From positions 384,001-448,000 of the forward strand of contig BK006938.2 of NCBI GenBank assembly GCA_000146045.2: a stretch of DNA of 64,000 nucleotides, read 5' to 3'. A model generated the notes under the pieces. It was not told the DNA's origin. It was given only the letters and a program-made list of their open reading frames with translations, and did not search any database. This document shows, in pieces, positions 10,217 through 21,343 of the stretch (position 1 is its first letter; every line of letters begins with the position of its first letter). The stretch is from TPA_inf: Saccharomyces (Eukaryota). Made by a program: the position numbers and the translations under genes.

Positions 10217-13204
10217 ATGGCAGGCGTGCAGAAAAGAAAAAGGGATCTCGAAGATCAAGACGACAATGGAAGCGAGGAGGACGACATCGCCTTTGATATT
10301 GCAAATGAAATTGCCTTAAATGATAGTGAGAGTGATGCTAACGACTCCGATAGTGAAGTTGAAGCTGATTATGGTCCCAACGATGTCCAGGATGTGATCG
10401 AGTACAGCTCAGATGAAGAAGAAGGAGTGAACAATAAGAAGAAGGCTGAAAACAAGGACATCAAGAAAAAAAAGAATAGTAAGAAGGAAATAGCAGCATT
10501 TCCAATGTTAGAAATGTCAGATGATGAAAACAATGCATCTGGTAAAACTCAAACCGGTGATGATGAGGATGATGTCAATGAATATTTCTCCACAAATAAC
10601 TTGGAGAAAACAAAGCATAAAAAAGGTAGTTTTCCCAGCTTTGGCCTATCCAAAATTGTATTGAACAATATTAAAAGGAAGGGATTTCGCCAACCCACTC
10701 CTATTCAAAGGAAGACTATCCCATTAATTTTGCAAAGTAGGGATATTGTTGGTATGGCACGTACCGGTTCTGGTAAGACTGCAGCATTCATCTTGCCAAT
10801 GGTGGAAAAATTGAAAAGTCACTCAGGTAAAATTGGCGCCCGTGCAGTCATCTTATCGCCTTCCAGAGAATTAGCCATGCAGACTTTCAACGTTTTCAAG
10901 GATTTTGCCAGAGGAACAGAACTAAGAAGCGTCCTCTTGACTGGTGGTGATTCCTTGGAAGAACAATTTGGCATGATGATGACCAACCCAGACGTTATTA
11001 TTGCAACACCTGGTAGATTTTTACATCTGAAAGTTGAAATGAACCTCGATTTGAAGAGTGTTGAGTACGTTGTTTTCGATGAAGCTGATAGGTTGTTCGA
11101 AATGGGTTTTCAAGAACAGTTGAATGAATTACTTGCATCTTTGCCTACAACAAGACAGACTTTGTTGTTTTCTGCTACTCTACCTAATTCATTGGTTGAT
11201 TTTGTTAAGGCTGGTTTGGTTAATCCAGTTTTGGTTCGTTTGGACGCGGAAACGAAAGTTTCAGAGAACTTAGAAATGCTTTTTCTATCCAGTAAAAACG
11301 CAGATAGAGAGGCGAACCTATTATATATTTTGCAAGAAATCATAAAGATTCCGTTAGCCACTAGTGAACAACTTCAAAAGCTGCAAAATAGTAACAATGA
11401 GGCAGATAGTGACTCAGATGATGAAAATGATCGCCAAAAGAAGAGGAGGAATTTCAAGAAGGAAAAGTTCCGTAAACAAAAAATGCCTGCAGCTAATGAA
11501 CTTCCTTCTGAAAAAGCAACTATTCTGTTCGTTCCAACAAGACATCATGTGGAATACATTTCTCAACTCTTAAGAGACTGCGGATACTTGATTTCGTACA
11601 TCTACGGTACTTTGGACCAACATGCTCGTAAACGTCAATTATATAATTTTAGGGCGGGCTTAACTTCCATTTTGGTTGTTACAGATGTTGCTGCAAGAGG
11701 TGTCGATATTCCAATGTTAGCCAATGTTATTAATTACACATTACCTGGTTCATCAAAAATTTTTGTACATCGTGTAGGTAGAACTGCAAGAGCCGGTAAC
11801 AAAGGTTGGGCATATTCCATTGTCGCTGAAAATGAATTACCTTACCTATTAGATTTGGAGCTATTTTTGGGGAAAAAAATTCTTCTAACACCAATGTACG
11901 ATAGTCTAGTCGACGTGATGAAGAAAAGGTGGATAGATGAAGGAAAACCGGAATATCAATTTCAACCCCCAAAGCTTTCTTACACAAAAAGACTCGTTCT
12001 AGGTTCATGTCCAAGACTGGATGTTGAAGGCTTAGGTGATCTTTATAAGAATCTGATGTCCTCTAATTTTGACCTTCAGTTGGCGAAGAAAACAGCCATG
12101 AAGGCAGAAAAACTTTACTACAGAACACGCACTTCCGCCTCCCCTGAATCTTTAAAGAGAAGTAAAGAGATCATTTCTTCTGGCTGGGATGCTCAAAATG
12201 CATTTTTTGGTAAAAATGAAGAGAAGGAAAAATTGGATTTTTTGGCTAAATTGCAAAACAGAAGAAACAAGGAAACGGTATTTGAGTTCACCAGAAACCC
12301 AGACGATGAAATGGCAGTGTTTATGAAAAGGAGAAGAAAGCAATTAGCGCCAATTCAACGAAAGGCGACTGAAAGAAGGGAACTATTAGAAAAGGAAAGA
12401 ATGGCTGGTCTTTCACATTCTATCGAAGATGAAATTTTGAAAGGTGACGATGGTGAGACAGGTTACACCGTGTCAGAGGATGCCTTAAAAGAATTTGAAG
12501 ATGCGGACCAATTATTAGAAGCACAGGAAAACGAAAACAAAAAGAAAAAGAAACCGAAGTCTTTTAAGGATCCAACTTTCTTTTTAAGTCACTATGCGCC
12601 AGCTGGTGACATACAAGATAAACAATTACAGATAACCAATGGGTTCGCTAATGATGCTGCTCAAGCGGCTTACGATTTAAATAGCGATGATAAAGTGCAA
12701 GTTCATAAGCAAACAGCGACCGTAAAATGGGATAAAAAAAGAAAAAAATATGTTAATACTCAAGGTATTGATAACAAGAAATATATTATTGGTGAAAGTG
12801 GCCAAAAAATCGCGGCAAGCTTCAGGTCTGGTAGATTTGATGATTGGTCGAAGGCAAGAAATTTGAAACCATTGAAGGTAGGTTCGAGAGAAACAAGCAT
12901 ACCATCTAACTTGCTCGAAGACCCTTCACAAGGTCCTGCTGCAAATGGTAGAACCGTCCGTGGGAAATTCAAGCATAAACAAATGAAAGCGCCTAAAATG
13001 CCAGATAAACACAGAGACAATTATTATTCGCAAAAGAAGAAGGTGGAAAAGGCTCTACAAAGTGGAATTTCCGTCAAGGGATATAATAACGCTCCGGGTC
13101 TGCGAAGCGAATTGAAGTCCACTGAGCAAATTAGAAAGGACAGGATTATAGCAGAGAAAAAACGTGCGAAGAATGCTCGTCCTTCCAAAAAGCGTAAATT
13201 TTAG
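10217..13204 (+). CDS. DBP10: DEAD-box RNA helicase Dbp10 (YDL031W), 60S ribosome biogenesis
   Basis: 995 aa. Q-motif, GSGKT (Walker A), DEAD, SAT and HRVGRTAR motifs. Acidic N-terminus and basic C-terminus. Confidence 0.9.
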   Translation: MAGVQKRKRDLEDQDDNGSEEDDIAFDIANEIALNDSESDANDSDSEVEADYGPNDVQDVIEYSSDEEEGVNNKKKAENKDIKKKKNSKKEIAAFPMLEMSDDENNASGKTQTGDDEDDVNEYFSTNNLEKTKHKKGSFPSFGLSKIVLNNIKRKGFRQPTPIQRKTIPLILQSRDIVGMARTGSGKTAAFILPMVEKLKSHSGKIGARAVILSPSRELAMQTFNVFKDFARGTELRSVLLTGGDSLEEQFGMMMTNPDVIIATPGRFLHLKVEMNLDLKSVEYVVFDEADRLFEMGFQEQLNELLASLPTTRQTLLFSATLPNSLVDFVKAGLVNPVLVRLDAETKVSENLEMLFLSSKNADREANLLYILQEIIKIPLATSEQLQKLQNSNNEADSDSDDENDRQKKRRNFKKEKFRKQKMPAANELPSEKATILFVPTRHHVEYISQLLRDCGYLISYIYGTLDQHARKRQLYNFRAGLTSILVVTDVAARGVDIPMLANVINYTLPGSSKIFVHRVGRTARAGNKGWAYSIVAENELPYLLDLELFLGKKILLTPMYDSLVDVMKKRWIDEGKPEYQFQPPKLSYTKRLVLGSCPRLDVEGLGDLYKNLMSSNFDLQLAKKTAMKAEKLYYRTRTSASPESLKRSKEIISSGWDAQNAFFGKNEEKEKLDFLAKLQNRRNKETVFEFTRNPDDEMAVFMKRRRKQLAPIQRKATERRELLEKERMAGLSHSIEDEILKGDDGETGYTVSEDALKEFEDADQLLEAQENENKKKKKPKSFKDPTFFLSHYAPAGDIQDKQLQITNGFANDAAQAAYDLNSDDKVQVHKQTATVKWDKKRKKYVNTQGIDNKKYIIGESGQKIAASFRSGRFDDWSKARNLKPLKVGSRETSIPSNLLEDPSQGPAANGRTVRGKFKHKQMKAPKMPDKHRDNYYSQKKKVEKALQSGISVKGYNNAPGLRSELKSTEQIRKDRIIAEKKRAKNARPSKKRKF

Positions 13205-13536
13205 ATAGTTTAAAACCATCTAGATCTACAGATATATAGTTTACATATGTACCATAGCAAGAAAACAAAAATAGATAGCGAGTCCGTTCTTCATAATTCT
13301 TTGTAGTTCTTTGTGATTTCAGTATTTTGTCGATGTAAGTCATGTTCAATATTTTTTTTGTAGCGCATTTTATTCTAACTTTCCGATGAGGCAACAAAGA
13401 AGTGTTAAGTATCGGCTGACGAAGTGCAATAAAAAGTACTTAGTTATACGGTAGATCAAGAACCTTCGGTGAGCCAAGCGAGGGTGTATACATTCATTTA
13501 ATTTTGCTTTAATAGGAGTAGGAGGGCATCATCTCA

Positions 13537-15129
13537 ATGAATTTACTTGAAACAAGGAGGTCCTTGTTGGAGGAGATGGAGATTATTGAAAATGCCATAG
13601 CAGAAAGAATTCAGCGGAATCCAGAGTTATATTACCACTATATACAAGAATCGAGCAAGGTGTTTCCTGATACTAAACTGCCTAGATCATCGTTGATTGC
13701 AGAGAATAAAATATACAAGTTTAAAAAGGTTAAGAGGAAGAGAAAACAGATAATTTTGCAGCAACATGAGATAAATATTTTTCTTCGAGACTACCAAGAG
13801 AAACAACAAACTTTTAATAAAATCAATCGTCCAGAAGAGACACAGGAGGATGACAAGGATTTGCCTAATTTCGAAAGAAAACTACAACAGCTAGAGAAGG
13901 AACTGAAAAATGAAGATGAGAACTTTGAATTGGATATCAACTCTAAAAAAGACAAATACGCTTTATTCTCATCTTCTTCTGATCCATCGAGGCGCACAAA
14001 TATATTGTCTGACAGAGCTCGAGACCTAGACTTAAATGAAATATTTACTAGAGATGAGCAATATGGTGAATATATGGAGCTGGAACAATTTCATTCTTTA
14101 TGGTTGAATGTAATTAAACGGGGCGATTGTTCACTGCTTCAATTTCTCGACATCCTAGAATTATTTTTGGACGACGAGAAATATTTGCTAACCCCACCGA
14201 TGGATCGCAAGAATGATAGATACATGGCCTTTTTGCTAAAGTTGAGCAAATATGTAGAAACTTTTTTCTTCAAAAGTTATGCTTTGCTTGACGCTGCGGC
14301 AGTTGAAAATCTAATCAAATCTGACTTCGAACATTCATACTGTAGGGGATCTCTTCGGTCCGAGGCAAAAGGTATCTATTGCCCTTTTTGTTCGAGGTGG
14401 TTCAAGACATCTTCCGTTTTCGAAAGCCATTTAGTAGGGAAAATTCATAAGAAAAATGAATCTAAAAGAAGAAATTTTGTGTACTCTGAATATAAACTGC
14501 ATCGGTATTTGAAATATTTAAATGATGAATTTTCTCGAACGAGAAGTTTTGTTGAAAGAAAACTGGCATTTACTGCAAATGAAAGAATGGCAGAAATGGA
14601 TATCTTAACACAGAAGTATGAAGCACCTGCATATGATTCGACGGAAAAAGAGGGGGCCGAACAAGTGGATGGTGAGCAGAGAGATGGTCAACTGCAAGAA
14701 GAGCACCTCTCTGGTAAATCGTTTGACATGCCATTGGGTCCGGATGGATTGCCTATGCCATACTGGCTATACAAACTGCATGGGCTTGACAGAGAGTATC
14801 GCTGCGAAATTTGTTCGAATAAAGTTTATAATGGGCGACGCACTTTTGAAAGACATTTCAACGAAGAAAGACATATTTATCACTTGCGATGCCTTGGTAT
14901 CGAACCTTCTTCAGTATTCAAGGGCATAACCAAAATTAAGGAGGCACAAGAGCTCTGGAAAAATATGCAGGGGCAGTCACAGTTGACATCTATTGCAGCA
15001 GTTCCCCCAAAGCCTAATCCTTCACAACTAAAAGTTCCTACAGAATTAGAACTAGAAGAAGAAGACGAAGAAGGAAATGTAATGAGTAAGAAGGTCTACG
15101 ATGAACTTAAGAAGCAAGGTTTGGTGTGA
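13537..15129 (+). CDS. PRP9: U2 snRNP SF3a subunit Prp9 (YDL030W), C2H2 matrin-type zinc fingers
   Basis: 530 aa. CPFCSRWF...HLVGKIH and CEICSNKVY...HFNEERH zinc-finger motifs. Confidence 0.9.
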   Translation: MNLLETRRSLLEEMEIIENAIAERIQRNPELYYHYIQESSKVFPDTKLPRSSLIAENKIYKFKKVKRKRKQIILQQHEINIFLRDYQEKQQTFNKINRPEETQEDDKDLPNFERKLQQLEKELKNEDENFELDINSKKDKYALFSSSSDPSRRTNILSDRARDLDLNEIFTRDEQYGEYMELEQFHSLWLNVIKRGDCSLLQFLDILELFLDDEKYLLTPPMDRKNDRYMAFLLKLSKYVETFFFKSYALLDAAAVENLIKSDFEHSYCRGSLRSEAKGIYCPFCSRWFKTSSVFESHLVGKIHKKNESKRRNFVYSEYKLHRYLKYLNDEFSRTRSFVERKLAFTANERMAEMDILTQKYEAPAYDSTEKEGAEQVDGEQRDGQLQEEHLSGKSFDMPLGPDGLPMPYWLYKLHGLDREYRCEICSNKVYNGRRTFERHFNEERHIYHLRCLGIEPSSVFKGITKIKEAQELWKNMQGQSQLTSIAAVPPKPNPSQLKVPTELELEEEDEEGNVMSKKVYDELKKQGLV

Positions 15130-15339
15130 AATCTCTCTGTGATATGTATATTTGTTTGATAGATAGCAGTTGTATGTATTTATACTATTCTTAGTAATGA
15201 CCTTATTACCCGTCTTGTAGAATTGAAAGGCGAAAAACAATTTGAGGACCCATATAATGGAAGAAAACGGACGTGAAAGTTAAATATACGTACCAGAAGA
15301 CAAATCACAGTAATAAACTAACAAAACTATATAATAATA

Positions 15340-15361
15340 ATGGACCCACATAATCCAATTG
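15340..15361 (+). CDS. ARP2: ARP2 exon 1 (ATG GAC CCA CAT AAT CCA ATT G), 22 nt
   Basis: Followed immediately by GTATGT. The spliced product reads [19 protein letters not shown].. Confidence 0.85.
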
Positions 15362-15484
15362 GTATGTTGTTGATATTTTTAGTGTTTGTGGAGGCAATTG
15401 AGCTCGGTGCCCCTTTTGGCTTTGCCTCTTTTGCATTTTAGTTCTTTTACCCCTATATTATTAATACTAACCATCTCGATATAG
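15362..15484 (+). other. ARP2: ARP2 spliceosomal intron (123 nt). 5' splice site GTATGT, branch point TACTAAC at 15465-15471, 3' splice site AG at 15483-15484
   Basis: Canonical yeast splice signals. The joined exons give a 391-aa actin-related protein in one frame. Confidence 0.85.
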
Positions 15485-16638
15485 TCCTTGATCAGGGTAC
15501 TGGTTTCGTCAAAATTGGTCGTGCTGGCGAGAATTTCCCAGATTACACGTTTCCTTCTATTGTTGGTAGACCCATCTTGAGGGCGGAAGAACGTGCCAGC
15601 GTTGCTACACCATTAAAGGACATTATGATTGGTGATGAGGCAAGTGAAGTTCGCTCTTATCTGCAAATATCTTATCCTATGGAAAACGGTATTATTAAGA
15701 ATTGGACAGATATGGAACTTCTTTGGGATTACGCCTTTTTCGAGCAAATGAAACTACCATCCACCTCCAACGGTAAGATTTTACTAACGGAACCTCCAAT
15801 GAATCCGCTGAAAAATAGGGAAAAAATGTGTGAGGTAATGTTCGAAAAATACGATTTTGGCGGAGTTTATGTTGCCATCCAAGCTGTTCTAGCATTGTAC
15901 GCACAAGGTTTGTCTTCAGGAGTCGTCGTCGATTCCGGTGACGGTGTTACTCATATAGTCCCAGTTTACGAATCTGTCGTTTTGAGCCACTTAACAAGAA
16001 GATTAGATGTTGCGGGTAGAGACGTTACTAGGCATTTGATTGATCTGCTTTCTCGTCGTGGTTATGCATTTAACAGAACTGCAGATTTCGAAACTGTGCG
16101 TCAGATAAAGGAAAAATTATGTTATGTTTCATATGATTTAGACCTAGATACAAAATTGGCTAGAGAAACAACCGCCCTTGTGGAATCGTATGAGTTACCA
16201 GATGGCAGGACAATCAAAGTGGGACAAGAGAGATTTGAAGCACCAGAATGTTTGTTCCAACCTGGTTTGGTTGACGTTGAACAACCTGGCGTGGGCGAGC
16301 TGTTATTTAATACTGTGCAATCGGCTGATGTTGATATCAGAAGTTCCCTGTATAAGGCCATTGTTCTTTCAGGTGGTTCAAGTATGTACCCAGGGCTGCC
16401 TTCGAGATTAGAGAAAGAATTGAAACAATTATGGTTTAGTAGAGTTTTACACAATGACCCTTCAAGACTTGATAAATTCAAAGTTAGAATTGAAGATCCT
16501 CCAAGGAGAAAGCATATGGTTTTCATTGGTGGTGCCGTTTTAGCTAGTATCATGGCTGATAAAGACCACATGTGGTTGTCTAAGCAAGAATGGCAAGAAA
16601 GCGGGCCATCTGCAATGACTAAATTTGGTCCAAGATAG
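15485..16638 (+). CDS. ARP2: ARP2 exon 2. Actin-related protein 2 of the Arp2/3 complex (YDL029W)
   Basis: Actin-fold sequence throughout. Total CDS 22+1154 = 1176 nt = 391 aa plus stop. Confidence 0.9.
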
Positions 16639-16996
16639 ATTTGAACTTTATTGATCCAAAAGAATTAATAAAAAAGTTTAAATCTACGAATGAAAAATGG
16701 AAATGGAATAATATAAACTTATATATAAATGTAATAAGTTAATAAGGCACAATTGTTGAACAAGCAATCAAAATATAATATTTCACTGAGCGCCGTTAGA
16801 GGATAGTTATCCTTTTCTTGGTATTTCAAGTATTCAGTGTCTGTGTCGAAAAATTGATTGATGATTTATTTAAATGAATATATATAAATATGTAAAAAAG
16901 AGTTGATCAAAGTAAATAAATCAGTACATGCATGGCAAACTCTAAATGTATTTATGTTCATAACTGGCACATGCTTTTCTTCCTTATGCGGCTCTT

Positions 16997-19291
16997 CTAA
17001 ATTTTGTAATCTGCAAATTTCCTTAAAACAGTGTCTACCACATCATTGAGATCATCTTGTGATATATGAGGCTTCTCAGAGCCATATCTAACGGCATTCC
17101 TAATAAGGTCTTCCATAATCGATCCGGATATCATAAAAGGTTGAAGGAAAGTGCTACTCAGGACTTTATCCACAGTCCATCTTTTGTCTGGGTTCCTGTA
17201 CAGACATGCTTTCATTAATTCAATGGCAGACTTTGGAATCTTTTCATTATTGCTAGTATGTTCAGGAAATGGGATTTTCACATCAGGATTCATAATAGCC
17301 AACAGCCTATTTTGGCCTTGGAAACTGCCATATGGGGGTTTCCCGTAAATCATCTGATATATAATACAACCGCATGACCACATATCAGATGGTCTCCCCA
17401 CTTTCCACTTGTTTCCCTCATGTTGGTTCTCACTATTTTGTGTGTAATTCATAGCAACTAGTGCTTCTGGTGCCATATAATTTGGAGTCCCAATTTGAGT
17501 TTCACGATATATATTCACCGTATGTTCCGGTACCGCGTTTGCTATACCAAAATCAATGATTTTTAAGATACCTTTCACTAAAACAAAATTTGCAGGTTTT
17601 AAATCCGAATGAACTATGCCCGCATCATGAACTACTTTAATGCACAGCAACATTTCCTTTGTATAGAATCTAACAAAATTAAAATCCAGTGGCATGCCGC
17701 TTCTTTGGTTAAGGATTTGTGACAAATCATGATCACCACATTCCATTATCAAATACAATAAACCATCCCCCATTTCATAATCTAGTAGTTGGATTACACG
17801 CTTTTGGTCTTTCAATTTTTCCAGAAGTTCTATTTCTCCTTTGAATCCATCAATACTTGAATCGTCAAAAGCGTCAAAAGACACCCTTTTGAGCGCGTAT
17901 ACCCTATTGCCAGATCCTTTCACCTTGTAAACTCTGGAGGATCCACCTCTACCCAAAAGTTCTATTTTTTCGTACTGGGAGTCATTTACTGTAATTATAT
18001 TTCTATTATTCGATAAAGAAGCGGACTTTGCAGGTTCAACAATTTCAACTTTCTTGGTGACTGGAGGTTTGGGAGCAGGTCGATGGTAAAATACTTCTAG
18101 ATTTTTACTGTTTATATTCTCATTCGTTATTGCATCATCCAATGATCGTTTTAGTCTCTTATTCTCTTGTTGAAGGAGATTATCAGCGTGATTTGCATTT
18201 ATGCTTATGTTTCGCAGTACTTCTCTTTTTTCGGAGTCGGAATCTTTATTTCTGGAAATTCCTTTATAAATTTTATGAATTGGGCTGTTGAAATTGCTGT
18301 TATTGCTAGTATCAATATTCTCCTTGAGAGCTCTTCTTATTTCGATCGATGACTTAGATGAAGATGATCCAGTAGAAACTTTTCGCCTGGGTTGAGAACC
18401 ATTATTGGATGTTATAGAATTGTCCTTGTTTGCCAATAAGTTGTTACTAGAAAGTGAAGAGGAAGAAGACCTACTTTTATAAAGCAATTCTCTGGAACTA
18501 TGTTTTCGGAGTGCTGCTTGTCTATTTTCTTCTCTTTGTTTATCAAAGTAGATTTGAGATATTAGTGGAAGGTCACTTGTGGGAAGATTATGTTTTTTAA
18601 TATACTGGATAGGATTCAAATCTCCAAAATCAATTGAATCATAATCCGTATTTCTCTTCGTTTCTTTAAAGTTTGTTTGGTGAGAATCCTCAAGTGGTAA
18701 TTCCACTGTCTCCCTTGCATTTATTGGCTGGTTTGGAGAGTTAGGCACATCCTCATCAAAGATATTTGTCAAAGTCATCGCTCTCTTTGCAGGACCCAGC
18801 TTCGTTGTCCTATTGGATATTAAAAATCTCTTACTTCTCCTTTCAGCATACTTTGCCGTAATATCTTCTTTCATATTTTGTCGCAAATTCCTTATCCTTT
18901 CAAAACTCTTATCAAGACTATTTCCAACATTTATCTCTATGTCACTAGTGTTCATCGTCGTCATGCTAGTCTGGTGATTATTTCTCAGATATCGTCCGAA
19001 CAAGGTTGAATGCGATGAGGTACTAGTATGACCGGATGTCAAATTGCCCATTGACGGTGGGGGGTGACTCCTTGATGAACTCCTGTCCATTTCTTCTAAT
19101 CGATTTGCGATCTTGTCATTATTATGACTTGATAATATCTCTGATGCTGAAGTTTTTTCTGTGTGGGAAAGTAAAGCTGATCCGAAATTGCTTAGTTTTG
19201 GAGGCGTAGTGAACTCTTCGTCATCTGAAAACTGTCGTGTATTAGTTCTCGATTTTAAATCCACATAATCATGGAATGAGTTTGTTGACAT
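16997..19291 (-). CDS. MPS1: Dual-specificity spindle-pole-body duplication / spindle-checkpoint kinase Mps1 (YDL028C)
   Basis: C-terminal protein kinase domain (HSDLKPANF, DFG). 764 aa from the ATG at 19291, matching the known N-terminus MSTNSFHDYVDL. The track ORF has 12 extra upstream codons. Confidence 0.85.
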   Translation of the reverse strand: MSTNSFHDYVDLKSRTNTRQFSDDEEFTTPPKLSNFGSALLSHTEKTSASEILSSHNNDKIANRLEEMDRSSSRSHPPPSMGNLTSGHTSTSSHSTLFGRYLRNNHQTSMTTMNTSDIEINVGNSLDKSFERIRNLRQNMKEDITAKYAERRSKRFLISNRTTKLGPAKRAMTLTNIFDEDVPNSPNQPINARETVELPLEDSHQTNFKETKRNTDYDSIDFGDLNPIQYIKKHNLPTSDLPLISQIYFDKQREENRQAALRKHSSRELLYKSRSSSSSLSSNNLLANKDNSITSNNGSQPRRKVSTGSSSSKSSIEIRRALKENIDTSNNSNFNSPIHKIYKGISRNKDSDSEKREVLRNISINANHADNLLQQENKRLKRSLDDAITNENINSKNLEVFYHRPAPKPPVTKKVEIVEPAKSASLSNNRNIITVNDSQYEKIELLGRGGSSRVYKVKGSGNRVYALKRVSFDAFDDSSIDGFKGEIELLEKLKDQKRVIQLLDYEMGDGLLYLIMECGDHDLSQILNQRSGMPLDFNFVRFYTKEMLLCIKVVHDAGIVHSDLKPANFVLVKGILKIIDFGIANAVPEHTVNIYRETQIGTPNYMAPEALVAMNYTQNSENQHEGNKWKVGRPSDMWSCGCIIYQMIYGKPPYGSFQGQNRLLAIMNPDVKIPFPEHTSNNEKIPKSAIELMKACLYRNPDKRWTVDKVLSSTFLQPFMISGSIMEDLIRNAVRYGSEKPHISQDDLNDVVDTVLRKFADYKI

Positions 19292-19694
19292 GTTTGTTTT
19301 GAGATCATCCAGTTCTTGCAGAAACAATTTATTATTTTGGTTGTAAAGCTACTTCTATAAACAACTGCAATATTCCTATTCAGACTTCAGTGGGCTGGGT
19401 CAAGTAGGCTTCTATAAATTTTGTAGGTTACTATTAATATAGTAGATCTTAAATTCTCTTTAAGCTTGCCTTCACATAAACATCACTATTACTCTTTGCA
19501 ACCCTTGGTAGTTTTTTTTTGGTTTTGTTTACTATTTCTAATTGATATTATCATTTAATACGATGGAAGTGACACCAAAAATTATTTTGTGTCACTGCAC
19601 ACCATAAATAAAGGTATTGGTCAGAATATATAAACATGTATGATATATAAATTGTGGCATCACAGTAATGCTCAAACAAAAACTTTAATGTTCT

Positions 19695-20957
19695 TTACTC
19701 TTTTAGGGTGTATTCAGTGTTTTTGTCGTTTATTTTTGAAATGTTATATTTTGAAAAGAATTCTCCAGAATCACCATTTGTTGTGATAACAAAGTGTTTT
19801 GATAGTAGCGTATTTACACTTTTGATGGCAATAATTGTGTTAAGGGTTTTGCTGCTGTTAGAGGTTTCACTTTCTTGTAATATCTTGAAAAAATCAGCCT
19901 TCGAATAAGCTCCGCCATTGAACATTATTGCAGGAAAGGATTCGTCTAAAATAATGACATATACGTCTGCAATATGCTTCTTGCCCTCGAGTTTTTTTGA
20001 AGGGTTTAGCGGTAAATTTTTCATTGAGTCTAAATACAACTTGTATCGAACACTGGAAAATATGAAAGTTTGGAATTTTCTGAGTTCACTTCGGCAATTA
20101 TCAATATCGAGTTCCAAGTCATAGGATTCTTTGATCCATTTCTCGACGCTGTCTCCTAAAAAGTAGGATCTTATTCCCAGTTCGTTCTTGGTGAAGGACT
20201 CCAACACTCTTTTCTGCAGGAAACTTAGAAACTGCTTTCTGGTTTCTTCTTGCTTTACTAAATCAACATTCAAACCTTTGGCAAACTCGTTTGGAATTCC
20301 CATCCTGGAAGATATCTCTTTCCAACTCTGAACCATAGGTTGTAATTGTAATGATCTCATGGTGGGTAATGTTATTTTCAATTTTGTTTTCGGTAAGGAG
20401 GTCAAGACATCTTTGTAAAAGATATTTTTCTGCCATTTTTTGAATTGTTTAAAAAAAAAGAACATAATAAGAAGGGGAAAAAAAAAGTGAAAAATTAAGG
20501 GAATAACGACTATCGTTGATGTTAGAATGAATGTGAAGATACTTGCAGTTGCAAATATGATAAAAAATGGGGAGACTTTATATACTTTCACAAACGGCTT
20601 GTTACCGTTCTTTGGTGACTTCGAAGAAAATATAAACTTTATTTCTGCACGTCGTGACGAATGGAAGGCTCTTTTACCAACCAACCTGGATGTCGAGCTT
20701 TTCAGACTGGATAGAAATTGGTGAGTGGTAGAACAATAATTAGAAGAAATGCATGAAAGCTTACGAAACTGGAAACTTTCTCCTCGATATTTTGGAATTG
20801 CGGGAGATGTAATCGCCGAAGGCACTGGTTTAGGAAAAGCCCTTAATATTCCTGGCAAGTACATATTGAAACCCTTTCCATTATTGAGACTATTGAGCGT
20901 AACGCTGTTCATAAGCTCCCTTGTCCTACTGGCTAATCCCACTGGAACTTTGAACAT
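19695..20957 (-). CDS. MRX9: YDL027C (MRX9), mitochondrial membrane protein of unknown function
   Basis: 420 aa, one strongly hydrophobic segment. Position between MPS1 and RTK1. Confidence 0.65.
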   Translation of the reverse strand: MFKVPVGLASRTRELMNSVTLNSLNNGKGFNMYLPGILRAFPKPVPSAITSPAIPKYRGESFQFRKLSCISSNYCSTTHQFLSSLKSSTSRLVGKRAFHSSRRAEIKFIFSSKSPKNGNKPFVKVYKVSPFFIIFATASIFTFILTSTIVVIPLIFHFFFPLLIMFFFFKQFKKWQKNIFYKDVLTSLPKTKLKITLPTMRSLQLQPMVQSWKEISSRMGIPNEFAKGLNVDLVKQEETRKQFLSFLQKRVLESFTKNELGIRSYFLGDSVEKWIKESYDLELDIDNCRSELRKFQTFIFSSVRYKLYLDSMKNLPLNPSKKLEGKKHIADVYVIILDESFPAIMFNGGAYSKADFFKILQESETSNSSKTLNTIIAIKSVNTLLSKHFVITTNGDSGEFFSKYNISKINDKNTEYTLKE

Positions 20958-21343
20958 TTTTTCCTACTCATATGTGGTTATGGTGGTCTTATTTATCTGC
21001 GCTAAATCACTTTTCAATTATTCTTTGCAGTTTATAGGGGAGGAGACTTCCTCTTTGTAAAATCTAATAGGGCGTGTTCACAATTTTATGCGTCGGGTGA
21101 CTTCAATTTGGCGCCCGTTGAGATTATCTAAAAAATGCTTTTATTTATTTAAGCGCTTTTTGTTTTGACGAATGTATTTATGTTTTTGTATATATATGAG
21201 CGTTTTTTTTTTCCAGATTTAACTAGTTTTCTTTTTCACCTGTATGCACACCATCTTTTATTCCTATATAATGCCTTTTATAGTACTTTGAATCTTCTAT
21301 ATACAATTTTTTAGGTTTTATCTTTTAAAAAGTGTTTATTTCA

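Noticed and set aside
20749-21060. 103-aa plus-strand ORF between MRX9 and RTK1 (YDL026W-like)
   Set aside because: Short hydrophobic, low-complexity ORF in an intergenic region overlapping a neighbouring promoter. No supporting signal.
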